From Methanocaldococcus sp. 28A (GTDB lineage Archaea; AGJL01; Methanococci; Methanococcales; Methanocaldococcaceae), in assembly GCA_049852185.1 (NCBI GenBank), contig CP187540.1: a DNA stretch of 64,000 nt; one strand, written 5' to 3'. Positions within the stretch are counted from its first letter, which is position 1, and each line of letters begins with the position of its first letter. A program made the position numbers and the translations under genes. The notes under the pieces are model-generated. The model searched no databases. It worked only from the letters and a program-made list of their open reading frames with translations, and was not told the origin of the DNA. Positions 11,335 through 23,025 of this stretch are shown piece by piece.

Positions 11335-11474
11335 TTTATATTAAAATAGAACAATTTTAGCAAAAAAGAATTTAATATGTATAAAAAATCCATAATTAAA
11401 CTTTCTTATATTTTTCTATACTGAAGGTCTAATTTTAATAAAGAAAAAGAAATTTTATGCTATTTTATACAAAT

Positions 11475-11907
11475 GTTTCCACACGAATCGGTCTTATTTT
11501 AATTTTAATTGGTATATTGAATATATTAAATAAAAGTGATGTAAATAAAGTTTCCATACCGAATCGGTCTTATTTTAATTATTCTTTTTATAGTTGCTTA
11601 TTATGACAGTTCCATCGTTTCCATACCGAATCGGTCTTATTTTAATACTCAACTGAAACACTTGCTAATCACACTTATAATGTTTCCATACCGAATCGGT
11701 CTTATTTTAATTATTAATAAATGTAATACTTTTTTTAAAATTTTTTGGTTTCCATACCGAATCGGTCTTATTTTAATAAATAATTAAACTTATTGAAAAT
11801 GGAATCAACGAAGTTTCCATACCGAATCGGTCTTATTTTAATTATATGTGAAAAACCTTTTATTTGTAATCCAATAAGTTTCCATACCGAATCGGTCTTA
11901 TTTTAAT
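11475..11907 (-). CRISPR. CRISPR array 1: 7 repeats, 6 spacers
   Basis: 30-bp repeat GTTTCCATACCGAATCGGTCTTATTTTAAT at 11550, 11617, 11682, 11748, 11813, 11878; degenerate copy at 11475; a more eroded one near 11411. Spacers 35-46 bp. Leader on the right, so crRNA repeat is ATTAAAATAAGACCGATTCGGTATGGAAAC. Confidence 0.97.
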
Positions 11908-12270
11908 AGGAGGCATTTTTTGAATTAAACGAAATTAAGCATTTTTAAATCTTTATTTTATAGGGGTTATATTACGACCCCCCAATTACCTGATTTCTTT
12001 ATATACCCTAACTCATATAAATACTTTACGGTATTGTATTAATTAGAACAATAAAAACCCCTTAACTAAAAAATCAAATTATCTATCGGGGAAATCTAAA
12101 TATAAAAATAATTATCTAAAATCTCCTAAAAATCTTATTAATTTAATACATCTAAATAAGTAAAATATTAAAAATAAGCTACCCTTAGAAATTATCTAAA
12201 AATCTTTAAAATCAAAAAATAACCATTTAAAAAGATTTAAATTAAAAATAAAAAACTTTCAGCGTGATAA
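11908..12270 (-). promoter_or_regulatory. CRISPR leader 1
   Basis: AT-rich, near-identical to 47595-47958; BRE/TATA-like CCGTAAAGTATTTATAT on the minus strand near 12015-12031. Confidence 0.85.
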
Positions 12271-12295
12271 ATATAAACCCATTGACAAACTTAAA

Positions 12296-12422
12296 TTATA
12301 GTTGTGTGCGAATGAAAACAAAACTATCTTAAAATAAAATAAGGTATTAACGAATGCCTTCCTTATGGAAGGTGTTCAATATTTCCTTTTTAAAGTTTAT
12401 TTCATTTTGCACACAACTATAA
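12296..12422. mobile_element. MITE-like element family A, long form
   Basis: TTATAGTTGTGTGCGAA...TTTGCACACAACTATAA with internal hairpin GCCTTCCTTATGGAAGGT. Confidence 0.8.
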
Positions 12423-12492
12423 AATATAGAATGGTTACATTAAAATAACCCATCTTATTTTATTTATTACAAAAAATAGTGCTGGTGATAAA

Positions 12493-14139
12493 ATGCCAAC
12501 AATTAATGTAAAAAAAGCTGATTTGGAGAGATTGGTAAATATGCCCTTAGAAGATGAGTTTATTGAGGAAAAATTTCCAATGATTGGTGTTGAAGTTGAA
12601 GGAATCTTTGAAGAAGATGGAGAAAAGGTTATTCAATTCTCAATAAACCCAAATAGACCAGATTATTTAAGTGCTGAAGGTTTGGCAAGAGGATTTAGAG
12701 GATTTATAGGGATAGAAACAGGATTAAAAAAATATGATATTGAGAGTTCAGATGTAAAGCTATATGTTGAAAATGTTGAAACAAGGCCCTATATAGCAAT
12801 GGCTTTAGTTAAAGGGGTTATTATTGATGATTATGTTTTAGAGAGTATAATTAATCTTCAAGAGAAATTACACTGGGTTATGGGAAGAGATAGGAAAAAA
12901 GTGGCAATAGGAATTCACGATGCGGATAAAGTTAAGCCTCCATTCTACTATAGGGAAGTTGGTAAAGAGGATATTAAATTTGTCCCATTGAACGCTGAAG
13001 AAGAAATGACTCCAAGAGAGATTTTAGAAAAACATGAAAAAGGAATAAAATATGCCCATTTGATTAAAGATGATAAGTTTCCAATAATATTGGATAGTGA
13101 AGATAATGTTTTATCTATGCCACCAATAATCAATGGAGAATTAACAAGAGTTACAACATCTACAAGAAATCTATTGATTGATGTTACTGGAACTGATAGG
13201 TATGCTGTTGAGAAGACATTAAATATTATTGTCACAGCATTGGCAGAGAGAAAATATGCCAAAATACATGCTGTTGAAGTAATTAAAAATAATGAAAAAA
13301 CTGTATATCCAGATTTAAAAGAAGATGTTTTAGAAACAACTCCAGATTATATAAACAAAGTTTTAGGAACTAATTTAACTCCTGGAGCTATAATAAATTA
13401 CTTAAGAAGATGTAGATTAGATGCTCAATTTGTAGATAATAAAATAAAGGTTTTCATTCCAGCTTATAGAGTTGATATATTTGGAGAGATTGATATTACT
13501 GAAGAAGTAGCTATCGCTTACGGTTATAATAAATTCTCTGGAGAATATCCAATTATTGGAACTATTGGTGAGCTTGATAAATTAGAAAAGAAGTGTGATT
13601 TTATAAGAGAAATTATGATAGGATTTGGGTTTTATGAGGTTATAAACTTAATGCTATCAAATGATGAGATTTTATTTAAAAAGATGAGGATTGAAGATAA
13701 CAACTATATAGAAGTTTTAAAACCAGCATCAATTGAACATAGAATAGTTAGAAAAAGCATTCTACCATTATTAATGGAAACTTTGAGGATAAATAAGCAT
13801 AAAGAGTTACCTCAAAAAATATTTGAGATTGGAGATTGTGTAGTTATTGATGAAAATGCTGAAACAAAATCAAGAGTCGTCAAAAAAATAGCTGGAGTTA
13901 TTGTAGATAATGAAACAAACTTTAATGAGATAAAGAGCTATGTTGAAGGATTGCTAAGAGAGCTAAAAATTGAGTATGAGCTTGATAATTTTGAACATCC
14001 TTCATTTATTAAAGGTAGATGTGCTAAAATTTTAAAAGATGGAAAAATTATTGGCTACTTTGGAGAAATTCATCCAGAAGTTATTACAAACTTTGAATTA
14101 GAGTTTCCAGTTGTAGGATTTGAGTTAGAAATTAAATAA
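12493..14139 (+). CDS. pheT: Phenylalanine-tRNA ligase beta subunit
   Basis: [39 protein letters not shown]. Confidence 0.96.
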   Translation: MPTINVKKADLERLVNMPLEDEFIEEKFPMIGVEVEGIFEEDGEKVIQFSINPNRPDYLSAEGLARGFRGFIGIETGLKKYDIESSDVKLYVENVETRPYIAMALVKGVIIDDYVLESIINLQEKLHWVMGRDRKKVAIGIHDADKVKPPFYYREVGKEDIKFVPLNAEEEMTPREILEKHEKGIKYAHLIKDDKFPIILDSEDNVLSMPPIINGELTRVTTSTRNLLIDVTGTDRYAVEKTLNIIVTALAERKYAKIHAVEVIKNNEKTVYPDLKEDVLETTPDYINKVLGTNLTPGAIINYLRRCRLDAQFVDNKIKVFIPAYRVDIFGEIDITEEVAIAYGYNKFSGEYPIIGTIGELDKLEKKCDFIREIMIGFGFYEVINLMLSNDEILFKKMRIEDNNYIEVLKPASIEHRIVRKSILPLLMETLRINKHKELPQKIFEIGDCVVIDENAETKSRVVKKIAGVIVDNETNFNEIKSYVEGLLRELKIEYELDNFEHPSFIKGRCAKILKDGKIIGYFGEIHPEVITNFELEFPVVGFELEIK

Positions 14140-14205
14140 AACTTTTGTAATATTATAATATAAATTAAGTTGCTTGTACTTACAAAAAATTTTTTAAGTG
14201 AAAAT

Positions 14206-14760
14206 ATGCTTAAAAAACTCCTATATAAAATTGAAAAATTAAGGAACAATGAATTAGAAGGATTTGAAATTTTAAAAGAGCATATACAAAGCTTAGATGA
14301 GTTTCAATATCAACAGATAGTTGAAAGATTAAAGCTTCAAATTGAGATTGTTGAAAAATATAACCCAAAGGTTAGGCCTGCAATAGACCCAGTAGTTTCT
14401 ACAGAACTTGGAATTTATAGAAGGTTGGATGATTTTGAGATAGGAAAACTTTTAGATTACCCAGAATGTTGTATAAAATCTTTTGTTGAGGATGTTAGAA
14501 TATCAATAGACAGAGAACATTTAAAAGAAGTTGAAGAAATGAAAGATGAGTTAAAAAATGAAGGAATTTATGCTATTGTCTTACCTTCTGGTTTTATTCC
14601 TTGCAGTTTGAAATGTGAAGAAGCAATAAAAAGAGGATATATTGGATATTTAAATAAAGAAGAGTTTAATAAAATATTGGAGCTTGAGAAAGAACTTAAA
14701 GAAAAAATTAAGCATTGGCACTTTGGATATGACGAATATTATGAAAAAATAATTTTATAA
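14206..14760 (+). CDS. Conserved archaeal protein (DUF483-like)
   Basis: GKLLDYPECCIKSF and GFIPCSLKC motifs; ATG at 14206 preferred over upstream TTG. Confidence 0.7.
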   Translation: MLKKLLYKIEKLRNNELEGFEILKEHIQSLDEFQYQQIVERLKLQIEIVEKYNPKVRPAIDPVVSTELGIYRRLDDFEIGKLLDYPECCIKSFVEDVRISIDREHLKEVEEMKDELKNEGIYAIVLPSGFIPCSLKCEEAIKRGYIGYLNKEEFNKILELEKELKEKIKHWHFGYDEYYEKIIL

Positions 14761-14778
14761 TTTTTTTTGGTGTTAGTT

Positions 14779-15435
14779 ATGTACATCATAATAGCAGGGA
14801 TAGGTAGAGTAGGATATACTTTAGCTAAATCTCTATCTGATAAAGGATATGATGTTGTTTTAATTGATATAGATAAAGAAGTATGTAAAAAAGCTTCTAC
14901 AGAGATTGATGCTTTAGTGATAAATGGAGATTGCACAAAAACAAAAACTTTAGAAGAGGCAGGGATAGAAGATGCGGATATATATATAGCGGTTACTGGA
15001 AAGGAAGAAGTTAATTTAATGAGTTCATTATTGGCAAAGAGTTATGGAGTTGATAAAACTATTGCAAGAATTTCTGAAATAGAGTATAAAGACGTTTTTG
15101 AAAGGTTGGGTATAGATGTAGTTATCTCTCCAGAGCTAATAGCTGCTAACTATCTTGAAAAATTAATAGAAAGACCTGGAATCTTAGATTTAACTATTGT
15201 TGGTAGAGGAGAGGCTGAGATTTTAGAATTCATAATTCCAGAAAAATCTAAGGTGGTCAATAAAAAAATAAAAGAACTTGGAAGACCAAAGGATTATTTA
15301 ATAATTGCCATTTATGATGGAGATGAGATAAAAATCCCAAGTGGAGATACTGAATTAAAAGCAGGAGATAGAGTTTTAGTTTTAGTTAAGAAAGATGCTG
15401 CTGATGCTATAAGAAAGATGTTTTTAGAAGAATAA
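14779..15435 (+). CDS. trkA: Trk potassium uptake NAD-binding subunit
   Basis: IAGIGRVG Rossmann motif, INGDCT, TrkA-C domain. Confidence 0.92.
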   Translation: MYIIIAGIGRVGYTLAKSLSDKGYDVVLIDIDKEVCKKASTEIDALVINGDCTKTKTLEEAGIEDADIYIAVTGKEEVNLMSSLLAKSYGVDKTIARISEIEYKDVFERLGIDVVISPELIAANYLEKLIERPGILDLTIVGRGEAEILEFIIPEKSKVVNKKIKELGRPKDYLIIAIYDGDEIKIPSGDTELKAGDRVLVLVKKDAADAIRKMFLEE

Positions 15436-16341
<906 letters not shown>

Positions 16342-16617
16342 ATAAAAAATTAATTGAGTTTAGAGTAATATCGATATTTTATTTAATTATTTAAGGTATT
16401 TTATATACCTTAATATATATACATATACATAATAAGAAAAAAATATACAGGTTATTATTATATGGGAATGAGTAAAATTATGTACAGTTAATGTTATAAG
16501 GGCTGTTTCCTTAAAACATACGAAACAAATTTATACTTTTGTTTTTATAAAACACTATTCAAAAATCAAAAATTTTAAATTAATATTTTAATAATACTCC
16601 ATAATATAGTAGTCTCG

Positions 16618-16770
16618 ATATGTGGGGAAACTAAGCCTGAATGGGACTGCTATTAAGTCGAAGATGTGTGGATTTCCCTTACCCTTCAATTGCTAGTCGA
16701 TGAAAATGGGAGGCTGGAAGGTTCTCCGCTACGATTCGTTCGGTATGTTCCATTTGTAGCAGAAACGGGT
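16618..16770 (+). mobile_element. Probable relic of an IS200/IS605-family tnpB 3' end
   Basis: GC-richer patch in an AT-rich gap. One frame reads KMCGFPLPFNC*SMKMGG, resembling archaeal TnpB tails as I recall them (KMWG..VPPE..MK.GG). Confidence 0.45.
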
Positions 16771-16793
16771 ATTATAAGAAAATGTGAGTATAT

Positions 16794-17912
16794 ATGGCTG
16801 CCATTACATATAAAATAAAAAATAAAGAAATTTTTATAGATTCTGGGATACTTTATGTATTTACACTTTTTACAAATTTATTTGTTTTAAATTTTTTGTT
16901 TAATAATATAAATATTGAGTTATTTAATTTAATAATTATATTAATTATAATTAATTCCTTCTTTAATTCAATTTTTATAAAATTTTATTTTGATGCTATA
17001 TTTACAAAATCAAAAAATTTAATATTATTTTCGATTTTATTCTTTTTTATTAGCATATTTGTATCTCCTTTATTGATATTGTTTTTACATCCAATTAATG
17101 ATGTTAAGGAAATAATATTTTTATTTATAATATCGATATTTATAAATATTATATCTCCATTTTGGACTGTTAGAAAATGTATTCTAATATTTCTTATAAG
17201 TCTTTTAGTTTTATTTTTAATATTTCTTTTTAAATTAGCCTCACTAATATATATTTCATTTTTTATAATATGTTTTTTTGTTTTGTTTATAAAAGAAATA
17301 CTCCAATTTAAATTTGAAAATAAATTTAACTTTTGTCTTTTTTATTTATTTGAAACTTTGGTAGTAGCAATTAATAATTTTATAATTAGTTTTTTAATAT
17401 TTAATCCTTTGATAAGCTATAATACCAATATTTATTACTTATTGATTATGCAGGTTTCTTTTGTTTATTTATTTAAATTATATGTTGATATAGAGGAATA
17501 TACAGTAAATATCCTTGAAGGTAAGTACGAAACAATTAAAAATAATGTTAAAATGATACTAAAGATATTCAAAAAATATTTACGTTATAACTTAATTACA
17601 CTATTTGTAGTTGGGATTATTTTTTCAATTTTAAATCAAAATGATATTTTTTGGATAATCTACTTTTCAAGTATGGCATTGTTTGTATATATTATAAAGA
17701 TTAATGAATGTTTTAATAAAATAGAAAATATAAAATTTTTAAAAATATTACTATTTTTTTATTTACTAAATTTATTAAGTTTAGTAGTAATTGCTACATT
17801 AATTTTTTCAATCTTAATCTATTATAAATATAAAAAGACTACATATGATGAGTTAATACGAAATCTATTTTATTATTATCTTGAGTACCTTTTTAGAAGG
17901 GGGTTAAAGTGA
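16794..17912 (+). CDS. Polytopic membrane protein, very AT-rich (possible polysaccharide exporter)
   Basis: About 10-12 Phe/Ile/Leu-rich segments; stop overlaps the GTG start of the glycosyltransferase. Confidence 0.6.
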   Translation: MAAITYKIKNKEIFIDSGILYVFTLFTNLFVLNFLFNNINIELFNLIIILIIINSFFNSIFIKFYFDAIFTKSKNLILFSILFFFISIFVSPLLILFLHPINDVKEIIFLFIISIFINIISPFWTVRKCILIFLISLLVLFLIFLFKLASLIYISFFIICFFVLFIKEILQFKFENKFNFCLFYLFETLVVAINNFIISFLIFNPLISYNTNIYYLLIMQVSFVYLFKLYVDIEEYTVNILEGKYETIKNNVKMILKIFKKYLRYNLITLFVVGIIFSILNQNDIFWIIYFSSMALFVYIIKINECFNKIENIKFLKILLFFYLLNLLSLVVIATLIFSILIYYKYKKTTYDELIRNLFYYYLEYLFRRGLK

Positions 17913-19255
17913 AAAAAGTAACAATTATAGCTGAGGGTTCCTATCCTCAAAAATTAGGTGGTGTGTCGATATGGACACATAATTTGGTTTCAAATTTATT
18001 AGATTTCGAATTTAACTGCATCAGTTTGACAAATGGGGAAAAAATTATTAGATACAAATCAAAAAATTTAAAAGAAATATTTTGGATAGATATTGGTAAA
18101 CCAGAAAAAAATATTGATTTTGTAGATCATGAGATAACAAAAATCCTAACCTATAAAATGCTTAATGGAGAAGAATTAAATATAAAAGATTTAAAAAATT
18201 TAAATAGATTTTGTATATCTTCTCCAGAATATTTCAATGTTTTATTAGATATTTATATAAAAGATAAATTAGATATAGCTTTTAGTCATTATTTTTGGTC
18301 TATTTCAAATTATTTTATTATTGTTTCACAAATTGCAAGAAATATAAATAAAATGCTAAATAAACTATTTAATAATACAGACATATTATTTTCTTTGAAT
18401 GTAGGTTTTTGTGGAATATTGGGTTGTTCTTTAAAATATAAGTTAGATAAGCCTTTGATAGTTAGTGAACATGGAATAATATTAGAAGAAATTAAAAATC
18501 TATTAAATAATAGCAAAATTAAAAAAGAAGTTCATAAATATATAATAAATATTTATAAATCTATGATGCTTACTACATATAAACATTGTGATCTTGTAAC
18601 GTCTATTTCTGATTTTCATAAAGAACACTCCATTAGAAATGGATGTAATCCAAACAAAATAAAAGTAATATATACTGGAATTGATACAAAAAAATTTGTA
18701 CCGCCAGATAAAAAAGATTATTCAAAGATTATTGTTGGAAATGTTTCTAGAATAGATTCAATAAAAGGAACGAAAGAATACGTTGAGATTGCAAATTATA
18801 TTGTTAAAAGATTAAAAAACATAGAATTTTGGCATATTGGGCCAATAGAAGATATAAAATATGCTAAAGAAGTTTTTAATTTAAATAAAAAATATGGCTA
18901 TCCTGTTAAATTTTTAGGACCTACAAATGATCCTTTGAAATTCTATCAAAGAATTCATTTATATTTAAATACTAGTCTATCTGAAGGATTACCATTATCT
19001 GTCCTTGAAGCACAGTCGTGTGGGGTTCCAGCAATCTGTTCTAATGTAGGAGCATGTAAGTATATCTGCTATATTTATTATAATATGAAACAAGATAAAG
19101 AAAAATATCTTGAAGATTTATTAAATATATTTAAAGGATTTACACCTGAAAAAATTAAAAAAGCTTCTAAAGACGTTAGAAAGATGGTTGTTGAAAAGTA
19201 TGATATAAGAAAAATGGTAGAAGAATATAGAAAAGTGTTTAAAGAATTTTCTTAA
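17909..19255 (+). CDS. GT4 glycosyltransferase, PelF-like
   Basis: N-terminal AEGSYP..LGGVSIWTHNL (cf. PelF EGTYP...GGVSSW), VSEHGI, GT4 motif SLSEGLPLSVLEAQSCG. Confidence 0.8.
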   Translation: MKKVTIIAEGSYPQKLGGVSIWTHNLVSNLLDFEFNCISLTNGEKIIRYKSKNLKEIFWIDIGKPEKNIDFVDHEITKILTYKMLNGEELNIKDLKNLNRFCISSPEYFNVLLDIYIKDKLDIAFSHYFWSISNYFIIVSQIARNINKMLNKLFNNTDILFSLNVGFCGILGCSLKYKLDKPLIVSEHGIILEEIKNLLNNSKIKKEVHKYIINIYKSMMLTTYKHCDLVTSISDFHKEHSIRNGCNPNKIKVIYTGIDTKKFVPPDKKDYSKIIVGNVSRIDSIKGTKEYVEIANYIVKRLKNIEFWHIGPIEDIKYAKEVFNLNKKYGYPVKFLGPTNDPLKFYQRIHLYLNTSLSEGLPLSVLEAQSCGVPAICSNVGACKYICYIYYNMKQDKEKYLEDLLNIFKGFTPEKIKKASKDVRKMVVEKYDIRKMVEEYRKVFKEFS

Positions 19256-19500
19256 GAGTATTATGGTTTTAGAATGACTTGTCATTGGGATATATCCGTA
19301 TTTTTTAACATATTCAATACACTTTTTAGCCATTAATTACTATAATCCAATGTTAGAACAAATAGTTCATATTTTTCCTTTAAATTCTCTATTTTGGAGT
19401 ATTATCATATTCGAATTTTCTTTTCTAATTCATTAGGATAAACTGGTTTAAATCCATTGGCTCCTAATATTATTTTATTAGTCTCAGGATTTAAGAATGA
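19256..19500 (-). pseudogene. Decayed fragment resembling the C-terminus of a PelA/GH114-type hydrolase
   Basis: Reads ...KIENLKEKYELFVLTLDYSN* then, in another frame, MAKKCIEYVKKYGYIPMTS; internal stops and a frameshift. Confidence 0.4.
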
Positions 19501-19503
19501 CCT

Positions 19504-19620
19504 ATATAGTTTTATGCAAAATATAAATGATTTAAAGCTTTATAAGAAAAATTTGAATGTCTTCTAAAAGTTAGATATTCATTAATACCTATATATCATA
19601 TATTTTATACAAAACTATAA
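19504..19620. mobile_element. MITE-like element family A, degenerate
   Basis: TATAGTTTTATGCAAAAT...ATTTTATACAAAACTATA; internal ATTCATTAATACC shared with other copies. Confidence 0.6.
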
Positions 19621-19621
19621 A

Positions 19622-19810
19622 ACTAACCTATCACCCAGTCCAAGTTATTAATGGTAGGGTTCAGGTCAAAATCATAGATTTCGCTACCCAAAGCTTTCTC
19701 TTAAGTATCGAAAATCCTACAGCTGGAGACATCAAAAGAGTTTAGAGCATAGTTCTCTAATCCCAAATGGGATGAATAGTAACCTTTATGGAACTAGAAA
19801 AACTGCCATA
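19622..19810 (+). mobile_element. Possible IS-derived (tnpB-like) relic
   Basis: Broken frames LTYHPVQVINGRVQVKIIDFATQS...AGDIK / LIPNGMNSNLYG resemble Methanococcales IS ORF tails as I recall them; unverified. Confidence 0.35.
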
Positions 19811-19828
19811 TATTAAAATATTTTTCTT

Positions 19829-20311
19829 TTATTTCCCTTTGTAAATGCCGTTATAAACGCCACAAACATCTTTACATTCAAAAAATACTATTTGTGCAAT
19901 TCTCGCATATTTGTAAATTGTTATTGAGTTAAAAACCTGCAGTAAATATTCTGGTTTTCCTTCATATCCCGGGTCGTGAACTGCAGAGTATAAAGTTGCG
20001 CCCATTCTCAATAAAGAGCTTCTTGGATATGCAAAGCCAGCTACGTTATCTGGAATTTTTATATATTCTGCTACTTTTACAATGTAAATTCCCTTATCTA
20101 ATCTTATAAATTCATCTTTTTCAGAGTTAAATATCTCAATATAATTTGGCAACTTTCTTTTTTCATTTGAAAAGTCAATTACTCCATCTCCATCTATTTT
20201 AAATATTTTCCAAACTTTTAAATCAATCCCACACTGTTGAATTTGCTCTTTCTTTAAATCTTTAAAAAAATTTTTTGATGTATTAGGACCAACAATCATT
20301 AATTCCACCAA
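19829..20311 (-). CDS. dUTPase (dCTP deaminase/dUTPase superfamily)
   Basis: QQCGIDL, PRSSLLRMG, DPGYEG, RIAQIVF. Confidence 0.85.
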   Translation of the reverse strand: MVELMIVGPNTSKNFFKDLKKEQIQQCGIDLKVWKIFKIDGDGVIDFSNEKRKLPNYIEIFNSEKDEFIRLDKGIYIVKVAEYIKIPDNVAGFAYPRSSLLRMGATLYSAVHDPGYEGKPEYLLQVFNSITIYKYARIAQIVFFECKDVCGVYNGIYKGK

Positions 20312-20320
20312 TTTAATTTT

Positions 20321-21553
20321 TTAATTTTCTTTTAATTTTTTAAAAATTAACTCATCCTTTTTATACACAAATGTATTGCTCTCAATGTCTCTGTCTATTA
20401 AGCAGCTTGCTCCTATCCAGCAATTGCTACCAACCTTAACTCCCGGCATAAAAGAGACTTGAATACCAGTTTTAACGTTATCTCCCATTATAACTCCAAG
20501 TTTTCTAACACTTTTAACCCTTTTACCTTTTATATTAACTTTAACAGGTTTATTATCAAATCTTAAGTTGGCCGTTATTGTATTACAACCAAAATTGCAA
20601 TTCTCCCCTATAATACTATCTCCAACATAAGATAGATGAGGAATTTTTGTATTTTTCATTATTATGCTTGCCTTAACTTCAGATGAGTTTCCAACGAAAG
20701 TATTTTCCATTAAAACTGTGTATGGTCTTATATATGCTAACGGTCCAACTATAGAACCTTTTTTAATAATTGCTGGACCTTCAATAACTGAATTTGCTTT
20801 AATAACTGCTCCTTCTTCAATTACTACATTACCTTTAATAACTACATTTTCTTCAATTTTTCCTTTAACTTCTGTATTTATTTTATTTAGAATATGCTTA
20901 TTTGCTTCTAAAACATCCCATGGCCTCCCAATATCGTTCCAATATCCATTTAATTTAATACCTTTAACATTTTCTTCTTTAATAATCTGTTTTATAGCAT
21001 CTGTAATTTCTCTCTCTTCTCTTTCAGAGATTTCTGTTTTTTCAATTAAATCAAAAATCTTTTTATCAAATTTGTATATTCCAGCATTTATTAAATTTGA
21101 TTTTGGATTTTTTGGTTTTTCTTGAAGTTCTATAATGTTATTTTCATCATCTAAAACTACTACACCAAAATTTTCAGGATTTTTTGTTTCTTTAACAGCA
21201 ATGGCATATTTATATTTTAAAAATCTCCTTAAATCATCTTCAAAGATAATATCTCCATTTATAACTAAAAACTCATCACTCACAAAATCCTTAGCAGTTA
21301 AAACTGCCTCTCCAGTTCCATCTATTTCTCCCTGCTCTAAAAATTTAATGTTTGGATTATCTTTAAAGTAATCAATAATTTTTTCTTTTTTATACTTAAC
21401 AACTATGTAAATGTTATCTACTAAATCTTCAACTTTCTCAATAATATGTTGTAAAATTGGCTTTCCAGCAATGGGAATCATTGGTTTTGGCCTATTTTCA
21501 GTTAATGGCCTCAATCTTTCCCCTTTTCCCGCACATAATATTATAGCATCCAT
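20321..21553 (-). CDS. glmU: Bifunctional sugar-1-phosphate nucleotidyltransferase/acetyltransferase
   Basis: LCAGKGERLRPLT..RPKPM; hexapeptide repeats; HLSYVGDS. Confidence 0.9.
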   Translation of the reverse strand: MDAIILCAGKGERLRPLTENRPKPMIPIAGKPILQHIIEKVEDLVDNIYIVVKYKKEKIIDYFKDNPNIKFLEQGEIDGTGEAVLTAKDFVSDEFLVINGDIIFEDDLRRFLKYKYAIAVKETKNPENFGVVVLDDENNIIELQEKPKNPKSNLINAGIYKFDKKIFDLIEKTEISEREEREITDAIKQIIKEENVKGIKLNGYWNDIGRPWDVLEANKHILNKINTEVKGKIEENVVIKGNVVIEEGAVIKANSVIEGPAIIKKGSIVGPLAYIRPYTVLMENTFVGNSSEVKASIIMKNTKIPHLSYVGDSIIGENCNFGCNTITANLRFDNKPVKVNIKGKRVKSVRKLGVIMGDNVKTGIQVSFMPGVKVGSNCWIGASCLIDRDIESNTFVYKKDELIFKKLKEN

Positions 21554-21572
21554 TTATATCACCAAAATTTTA

Positions 21573-22916
21573 TTAAGAAATTAAAGCGTCTTTAACTAAC
21601 TTTAATCCTTTTTCCAACAATTCTTTAGCTAAACTTTTATCTTTAGCTTCAACTCTAATCCTTATGTATGGTTCAGTCCCTGAAGGTCTTATTAAAATCC
21701 ACCCATTTTCTAAGTTAAACCTTGCTCCATCAACTGTTTCAGGAATTGTTTTAAATAAACTTTCCCCATTTTCAATAACATAATTCATTACTTTTTCTTT
21801 TTTGTCATTTTCACAGGGAATTTTCTCCCTCAAATTTATATAAGATGGAATTTCGTCTAATATCTCATATAATTTCTTATTGTAAAATTCTAACATCTCT
21901 AAAACTCTCAATCCACTTAAAATGCCATCTGGTGTTAAATGTATATCTGCATGAATCCAAGTACCTGACGGCTCCCCTCCAAAAACAGCAGAGTTTTTAA
22001 TTATTTCTTCAGCAACAGCCACATCTCCAACTTTTGTTTTTATTATTTCAACATCTAAATCTTTTAAATATTCATCAATAATCATTGAAGCATCAACTGT
22101 TGTAACTATCTTTTTGTTGTTAGTTTTTTCAACAATATATCTTGAGAAAGCTGCTAACAACTTATCAAAATCAGCTAATCTTCCTTTTTCATCTATTGCT
22201 ACCATCCTATCTGCATCACCATCATGTGCTATGCCAATATAACTCATTTCATTTGAATTTAATCCCTTAATCATATCCATTGTCTTTCTTAGGTTTTTTT
22301 CATCTGGTTCTGGCAATCTACCCACAAATCTCCCATCTATGTGGCTATTGACTGATATAACATGGCAGCCAATATCTGTAAATAAGTATGGAGAAACTAA
22401 GCAGGCAGAGGCGTTTGCACAATCAACAACAACATTAAATTTCTCATTTACTTCAACATTTTTAAGAATATATTCCATATAGTTTTTTATTGCTTTACAA
22501 TCTTTCCAAATATCTCCTACTTTGTCCCATTCTACTTCCACAAAATTTTCATTAAATATAATTTCTTCTATTTCCTCTTCTTCTTTTTTATTAAAAGCTA
22601 AACCATTTTTATTGAAGAGCTTTATCCCATTATACTCTGGAGGATTATGAGAGGCAGTAATCATAACTCCAACATCATAATTTCTTGAATTAAAACCTAA
22701 AACTGGTGTGGGAACAATATCTATAGTTGTAACATCTCCCCCTCCATTTAAAATTCCTGCAATTAATGCTGATTCAATAACTTTTCCAGTAGTTCTTGTA
22801 TCTCTTCCAACTACAACATTTTTATACTTTTTAGCTATAGCTAATCCTACTTTATAGGCAATTTTTGGGGATAAGTTTTTCATTCTTATTCCAGAAGTTC
22901 CAAATAATCTTCCCAT
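21573..22916 (-). CDS. glmM: Phosphoglucosamine mutase
   Basis: LFGTSGIR, TASHNP, DGDADR, RPSGTEP. Confidence 0.9.
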   Translation of the reverse strand: MGRLFGTSGIRMKNLSPKIAYKVGLAIAKKYKNVVVGRDTRTTGKVIESALIAGILNGGGDVTTIDIVPTPVLGFNSRNYDVGVMITASHNPPEYNGIKLFNKNGLAFNKKEEEEIEEIIFNENFVEVEWDKVGDIWKDCKAIKNYMEYILKNVEVNEKFNVVVDCANASACLVSPYLFTDIGCHVISVNSHIDGRFVGRLPEPDEKNLRKTMDMIKGLNSNEMSYIGIAHDGDADRMVAIDEKGRLADFDKLLAAFSRYIVEKTNNKKIVTTVDASMIIDEYLKDLDVEIIKTKVGDVAVAEEIIKNSAVFGGEPSGTWIHADIHLTPDGILSGLRVLEMLEFYNKKLYEILDEIPSYINLREKIPCENDKKEKVMNYVIENGESLFKTIPETVDGARFNLENGWILIRPSGTEPYIRIRVEAKDKSLAKELLEKGLKLVKDALIS

Positions 22917-23025
22917 AATATCACCATAAAAATGTTTTTATATTAAATATTGTTAGTAGTAAAAAGTATAAAACTATTAAAAGGCTACTGATTATAATTA
23001 ATATCAATATCATAGGTGTAACGTT

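Noticed and set aside
19121-19333. 70-aa ORF as an intact gene
   Set aside because: Most of it is antisense to the glycosyltransferase; only the first residues look like a pseudogene fragment.
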